Source: a virus
Taxonomy: Duplodnaviria; Caudoviricetes
Direction: 5' to 3' (one strand)
DNA length: 29,569 nt
Virus record (IMG/VR): IMGVR_UViG_3300043603_000001
Coordinates: 1-29,569 of that record
This document shows, piece by piece, positions 26,141 through 29,569 of this stretch. The position numbers and the translations under genes were made by a program. The stretch's first letter is position 1. Each line of letters starts with the position of its first letter. Under the pieces are notes generated by a model. That model was not told where the DNA came from and did no database searches. It was given only the letters and a program-made list of their open reading frames with translations.

Positions 26141-26781
26141 TGCGTCGTCGGCTGTGTCGCCTTCGCCAGTGTGAACGCTATCCGTCTTGCGGCTTCCGTA
26201 TCGGATAGTTCCAAGGTCTCGATCGGGCCGCCGTCCTTGCCGGTCAACTCAACCTTGTGCGTAAACGCCCCGAGATGCCTGCCGATATCGACCAAGGCGG
26301 CTCGCTTATCGTGAAGCTTGATGCTCAGGCCGCCCGTTGGGCTTTGCCGCACCTCGGCAATCGCGGCCGCGGTATCATCGTCGATCTGGTCTGAATCGAT
26401 CAGGCGAACCTGCTGATTGGTTATTTCCCGGATGACAAGAACATCGCCACCGTCCGGATTATCCGTCTCTCGGGTCAGGTTGCCGCGCCACGACACCGCC
26501 TTGCGGATGTCCGCGAAGCCGATCTTTGCCAGTTCTGACAGCACCGCTTCCTTGGTGATTGCCAGCTTTTCAATAGCCTTTTCAGTGGCCTTGGTTTCGA
26601 TCTGCTCGCGTTTGTCCAAAACCTCCTGGACGCGCTGTAACACGCTGTCTTTCTGCTGTAACCGCGAGGCATTTCCGCGGTCCGGTTTGAACCCGGCATC
26701 TACATAGGCGTCTGCAAGCGAAAGGCCCGCGGCCAAGTTCTGAGAAAATCGTTCGTGTTTGGGGTTTTTAAGAGCGCTCAC
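26137..26781 (-). CDS. terS: Terminase small subunit
   Basis: LKNPKHERF...DAYVDAGF...NASRL HTH-like N-terminus, VLSELAKIGFADI, IKLHDKRAAL..IGRHLG, ELTGKDGGPI. Confidence 0.92.
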   Translation of the reverse strand: MSALKNPKHERFSQNLAAGLSLADAYVDAGFKPDRGNASRLQQKDSVLQRVQEVLDKREQIETKATEKAIEKLAITKEAVLSELAKIGFADIRKAVSWRGNLTRETDNPDGGDVLVIREITNQQVRLIDSDQIDDDTAAAIAEVRQSPTGGLSIKLHDKRAALVDIGRHLGAFTHKVELTGKDGGPIETLELSDTEAARRIAFTLAKATQPTTH

Positions 26782-26792
26782 CTGTCATCCCC

Positions 26793-26829
26793 AAACAAAA
26801 ACCGCCCTGACGGATTTCTCCGGGGCGGC
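26793..26829 (-). terminator. Intrinsic terminator immediately upstream of terS
   Basis: Minus strand CCGCCC-CGGA-GAAA-TCCG-(TCA bulge)-GGGCGG-TTTTTGTTT. Confidence 0.8.
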
Positions 26830-26838
26830 GTAATTCCA

Positions 26839-26878
26839 ACTATCACCACCCTGTCAATGATTTGCCCCCGATTGTCAA
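26839..26878 (-). promoter_or_regulatory. Putative late promoter region with two TTGACA hexamers
   Basis: TTGACA at 26878-26873 and 26857-26852, then GATAGT. No canonical -10 at 17-bp spacing from either. Confidence 0.45.
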
Positions 26879-27816
26879 GAGCATGCCTCGCGTAGTGGAT
26901 AACTGACGGGGCCGAACTTTGCCGTTCTGAGCGGCGGGCCTTTGCGACCGCGCGAAGGCGTAAGCGGTAGCGTGCCCCAGCCAGCCACGCGGTTTGATGG
27001 TGTCGGCATTACCGACATCACGGTGTTCTCTGGCTCAGCGCTATCCAGCCACGGCGTGCGGGATACCTTGGGCGGCAACGGATTGAACTTCTCGGTTTGC
27101 AGCGTGCGCGCCAGCGTGGTCAGGCCATGATGCCATGCAACATATTCGGCCCGGCTCGAGATGATCGATAGCGGCGACGGTTCCCAAATCAGCGGGCAAC
27201 AGGCCCCGAGGCTGTACAGGTTCCGACCACGGCACTCCCCGAGGATGGCGGCGTTTGTGCCCTTCTTGGCGGGCGTTGGGATAGGCTGCGGCGATTCCTC
27301 CACCCAGTCCGGGCGAGTGCCCTTGACTGCATGCATGGTCACCAGAGCCGCTGTACGCAGCCCGCCAACCATCAGCACGTCGCGCGGGCGGTCGCGGATA
27401 GGCCTGGTCCCTTCGGCACCCCACCACGCGTTCAAGGCTTTCGTACCAGCCGCACCCCACCCGCTCTTGGGCATCCGAACCGGGGATTCCCGTTTCGACA
27501 TATCGTTCACCGATATCAGGCCGGACAGGTCACCCGCGATCGCATCGAAGCTTTTCGGCCAGTCGATCACCAAATCCTCGAGCCCGGCTACAGCCTTTTC
27601 GATCAGCAGGGCGTCCGGGTCGGGCAATCCGATGTAGGCATACCGCTGCGCGGACCCGTGACCGCGGTCAACCTCCATGCCGCCGCGCTGGCCCAGTTCT
27701 CCGATATGGTCCCATAGGCCCTCCGCCGCTGAGGTTTGGCGTTTGGACAGTTCGTCGCGGAACGCCCAAAGCAGCAGCGTCTCGATATCGATATCGGTTC
27801 TGTTGACCCGTCCCAC
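26875..27816 (-). CDS. Hypothetical phage protein, candidate late-gene regulator/antiterminator
   Basis: 313 aa (LLLWAFRDE, PDPDALLI, GTRPDW, CPLIWEP, RAEYVAW). Last gene before the promoter-terminator-terS junction. Function inferred from position only. Confidence 0.6.
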   Translation of the reverse strand: MGRVNRTDIDIETLLLWAFRDELSKRQTSAAEGLWDHIGELGQRGGMEVDRGHGSAQRYAYIGLPDPDALLIEKAVAGLEDLVIDWPKSFDAIAGDLSGLISVNDMSKRESPVRMPKSGWGAAGTKALNAWWGAEGTRPIRDRPRDVLMVGGLRTAALVTMHAVKGTRPDWVEESPQPIPTPAKKGTNAAILGECRGRNLYSLGACCPLIWEPSPLSIISSRAEYVAWHHGLTTLARTLQTEKFNPLPPKVSRTPWLDSAEPENTVMSVMPTPSNRVAGWGTLPLTPSRGRKGPPLRTAKFGPVSYPLREACS

Positions 27817-27819
27817 GTG

Positions 27820-28050
27820 TTATTGCCCCTGCTCTGGAATGGCGGATACACCATTCGGTGCGATAGAGGGTTTTCCACAGCGAATACAAACATCGTTGCG
27901 GTAGGTCTTTGTGCGCAGACCACTCAAAAGCGGTTCCACATCATAGCCCTTTATGCTTATAAACCTCGATATATCAGCCGGGCCAAGATCGTAGCGCGGC
28001 TCGAATTTGCAGCCACGAACCCATTTATTAAATCGTGGGCAATGCGCCAT
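27820..28050 (-). CDS. Hypothetical Cys-containing protein (76 aa), possible zinc-binding
   Basis: HCPR...GCKF...VCIRCGK. Ends 3 nt before the next start. Confidence 0.6.
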   Translation of the reverse strand: MAHCPRFNKWVRGCKFEPRYDLGPADISRFISIKGYDVEPLLSGLRTKTYRNDVCIRCGKPSIAPNGVSAIPEQGQ

Positions 28051-28094
28051 TTTTTCAGTTTCCCTGCTCTGGAATGTTTAGGATTACGCGGTGT

Positions 28095-28649
28095 TTACTT
28101 TTCGACGATGCGCAGACCAGCTTCCTCGATTTCCTTCATCAGGTCGTCCGCGTTTGTCGAATGTCCGTTGGTGTAGATTTCCCAGAGCTTCGCCGCCGCG
28201 CTCTTCGACTCATCAAGCCTGATCATTCCGAAGGTCACGTAGCGGTCAACGTTGATCACTGCGAGTTCATAGAATGTTGCCTCGCTTACACCTCCATCTG
28301 CGCCACAAGCCTGAGCGTTCCTTCGGACAAATTCCAGTTCAGTTTTAATCGCTTCATCTCTCGTCATTGCTTCATTTCCCTTCGCGGTGGTGTTACTTTC
28401 GGCGTCGATCATGGCTTGCCAAACCGCAGCAACTTCGGACGGTCGCTGATCTTGGACGTGCGCACCAGCTATTCGCATTTCGCTTGTGGGCTCACGCATT
28501 GCGGCGATGGCGGCGCGGGCTAGATGCCTTACTTTTTCCAGGTCTGATCCGCTGGCGTTCACCCAGCCTGAAGCGACGCCTTCGTCGCCCCACGCCTTAA
28601 GTGCCGCGTCGTCAATCGCCTTCGCGATCCGGTCAACCATCTCACTCAT
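28095..28649 (-). CDS. Hypothetical phage protein (184 aa), apparently two in-frame modules
   Basis: Start ATG 28649 (MSEMVDRIAKAI...ARAAIAAMREPT...WQAMIDA) overlaps the upstream stop (ATGA) and has a GGAG RBS. A second possible start lies at 28367. Confidence 0.65.
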   Translation of the reverse strand: MSEMVDRIAKAIDDAALKAWGDEGVASGWVNASGSDLEKVRHLARAAIAAMREPTSEMRIAGAHVQDQRPSEVAAVWQAMIDAESNTTAKGNEAMTRDEAIKTELEFVRRNAQACGADGGVSEATFYELAVINVDRYVTFGMIRLDESKSAAAKLWEIYTNGHSTNADDLMKEIEEAGLRIVEK

Positions 28650-28951
28650 GTTCCCGCCCTCTCCCTTCCTGATGACCTGACACCCCACATTGGACGCTTG
28701 GTTGATTCGACATATTCGTGTGCGAGCGACATACTCGCCCAATCCGGCCTGAGCCGCCCTTTGTCGATCATGCCATTGCGCCAGCCATGCCAATAGGATC
28801 GGCTACGGTTGTCGCCGCACGGCTCGCCGTCGAACCCGTCGCGATAACCTTCCTGAATTTCATCGCTGTTCAAAGCTTCGAGCGTCGCCATGTTCGAAAC
28901 TGGAACGCGGCGCAGAATGTGCTCAAGTTCGACCTCGATATCCATATTCAC
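28646..28951 (-). CDS. Hypothetical protein with Rmf-like GYxxG...WxxGWR motif
   Basis: EGYRDGFDGEPCGDNRSRSYWHGWRNG. GGAG RBS before the GTG start. Confidence 0.6.
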   Translation of the reverse strand: MNMDIEVELEHILRRVPVSNMATLEALNSDEIQEGYRDGFDGEPCGDNRSRSYWHGWRNGMIDKGRLRPDWASMSLAHEYVESTKRPMWGVRSSGRERAGT

Positions 28952-29056
28952 ACAATCTCCGCTCTATGATGACCGTACCGGCGTATAAACAAGCTTGGTG
29001 GTCCGGTGAAACATACTACACTAAAACTCAAGTTAGGCGTATAGAATAAGGACTTC

Positions 29057-29569
29057 TCAACCTGTTTCCGCCTCCTGGTATGCGCCGGTGGGGTGGGGAT
29101 CGAGAACTTCCTTCGACCATTCCGGTTGTTTGCCCTGATCTGGATTCGGCGGGGAAACGGCGACTTTGTCGCGCATGCCCCGGAGTAGATCGGCGAACTT
29201 CTCTCGCATCTCGGCGCGATGTTCGTCACTAAATTCAATGCGGGGAACCGCGACGAGCACGGTCTGCATCTCCTGAATCCGACCCTTGATGACCCACAAT
29301 TCGAAATGCGCCAACCTACCCAAGGTCGCGGGTGCCGGCCGCCACGTAAAGTCATGCGGTTTTTTCCGGTCGAGCTGCACGCTGGCGCCCTTATTCCATT
29401 TGCGCAACGCTTCCCGTACCGTCCACGCGGGAAGCTCCTCGATTGCGTCAAGGTATTCTTCCGTGAGCTGGTCCGCGGATGCCTGATCCAGCTTGGCGCC
29501 GCGCCCATTGTTGAGCAATCCGAAGATGATCGCGCCGTGCGCCTGATCGTTGGTCAGCACGCGATCCCG
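29057..29569 (-). CDS. Partial replication-region protein (helicase loader/inhibitor-like), 5' end outside window
   Basis: Frame open to the window edge. EEYLDAIEELPAWTVREALRKW...WRPAPATL resembles proteins that follow phage replication initiators. Confidence 0.55.
   Translation of the reverse strand, partial: RDRVLTNDQAHGAIIFGLLNNGRGAKLDQASADQLTEEYLDAIEELPAWTVREALRKWNKGASVQLDRKKPHDFTWRPAPATLGRLAHFELWVIKGRIQEMQTVLVAVPRIEFSDEHRAEMREKFADLLRGMRDKVAVSPPNPDQGKQPEWSKEVLDPHPTGAYQEAETG

Larger units (their letters stand above)
1..29569 (-). mobile_element. Podovirus-type (BPP-1/epsilon15/T7-like virion module) phage or prophage segment, late region plus end of early region
   Basis: Continuous minus-strand array terS-terL-portal-scaffold-capsid-tail tubes-ejection proteins-fibres with many overlapping stop/start codons. 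No tape measure or sheath. Boundaries lie outside the window. Confidence 0.95.

Noticed and set aside
28952-29056. AT-rich intergenic stretch as promoter or replication origin
   Set aside because: No convincing -35/-10 pair, iterons or hairpin could be identified by eye.

Overview
The whole window is one phage segment, almost all on the minus strand. It looks like a temperate podovirus with a BPP-1/epsilon15/T7-style virion module. The protein families and high GC suggest an alphaproteobacterial (Rhizobiales-like) host; this is inference. In transcription order (right to left) the genes are: the end of a replication-region gene, small early/middle genes, a 313-aa putative late regulator followed by a promoter-like site and terminator, terS, several small inserted genes, terL, portal, scaffold, major capsid, tail tubular A and B, a GNAT-like protein, three ejection (internal virion) proteins, a tail fibre and a beta-helix tailspike. 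The ejection proteins include one with a lytic transglycosylase and one with an HExxH metallopeptidase motif. A convergent plus-strand acyltransferase-3 gene (likely surface-polysaccharide O-acetylation) follows the tailspike. No integrase, att site, lysis genes, RNA genes or CRISPR array are visible, so prophage versus free phage cannot be decided. The most notable observations are: (1) a candidate Q-like antitermination system (uncharacterised protein, double TTGACA site, four intrinsic terminators in the late region); (2) a repeat-rich structured leader upstream of the capsid gene; (3) a tail-fibre repeat almost identical in protein but nearly fully recoded at synonymous sites; (4) two receptor-binding proteins sharing one N-terminal domain, next to a possible receptor-masking acetyltransferase. 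All family calls come from motif recognition and synteny; no database search was run.
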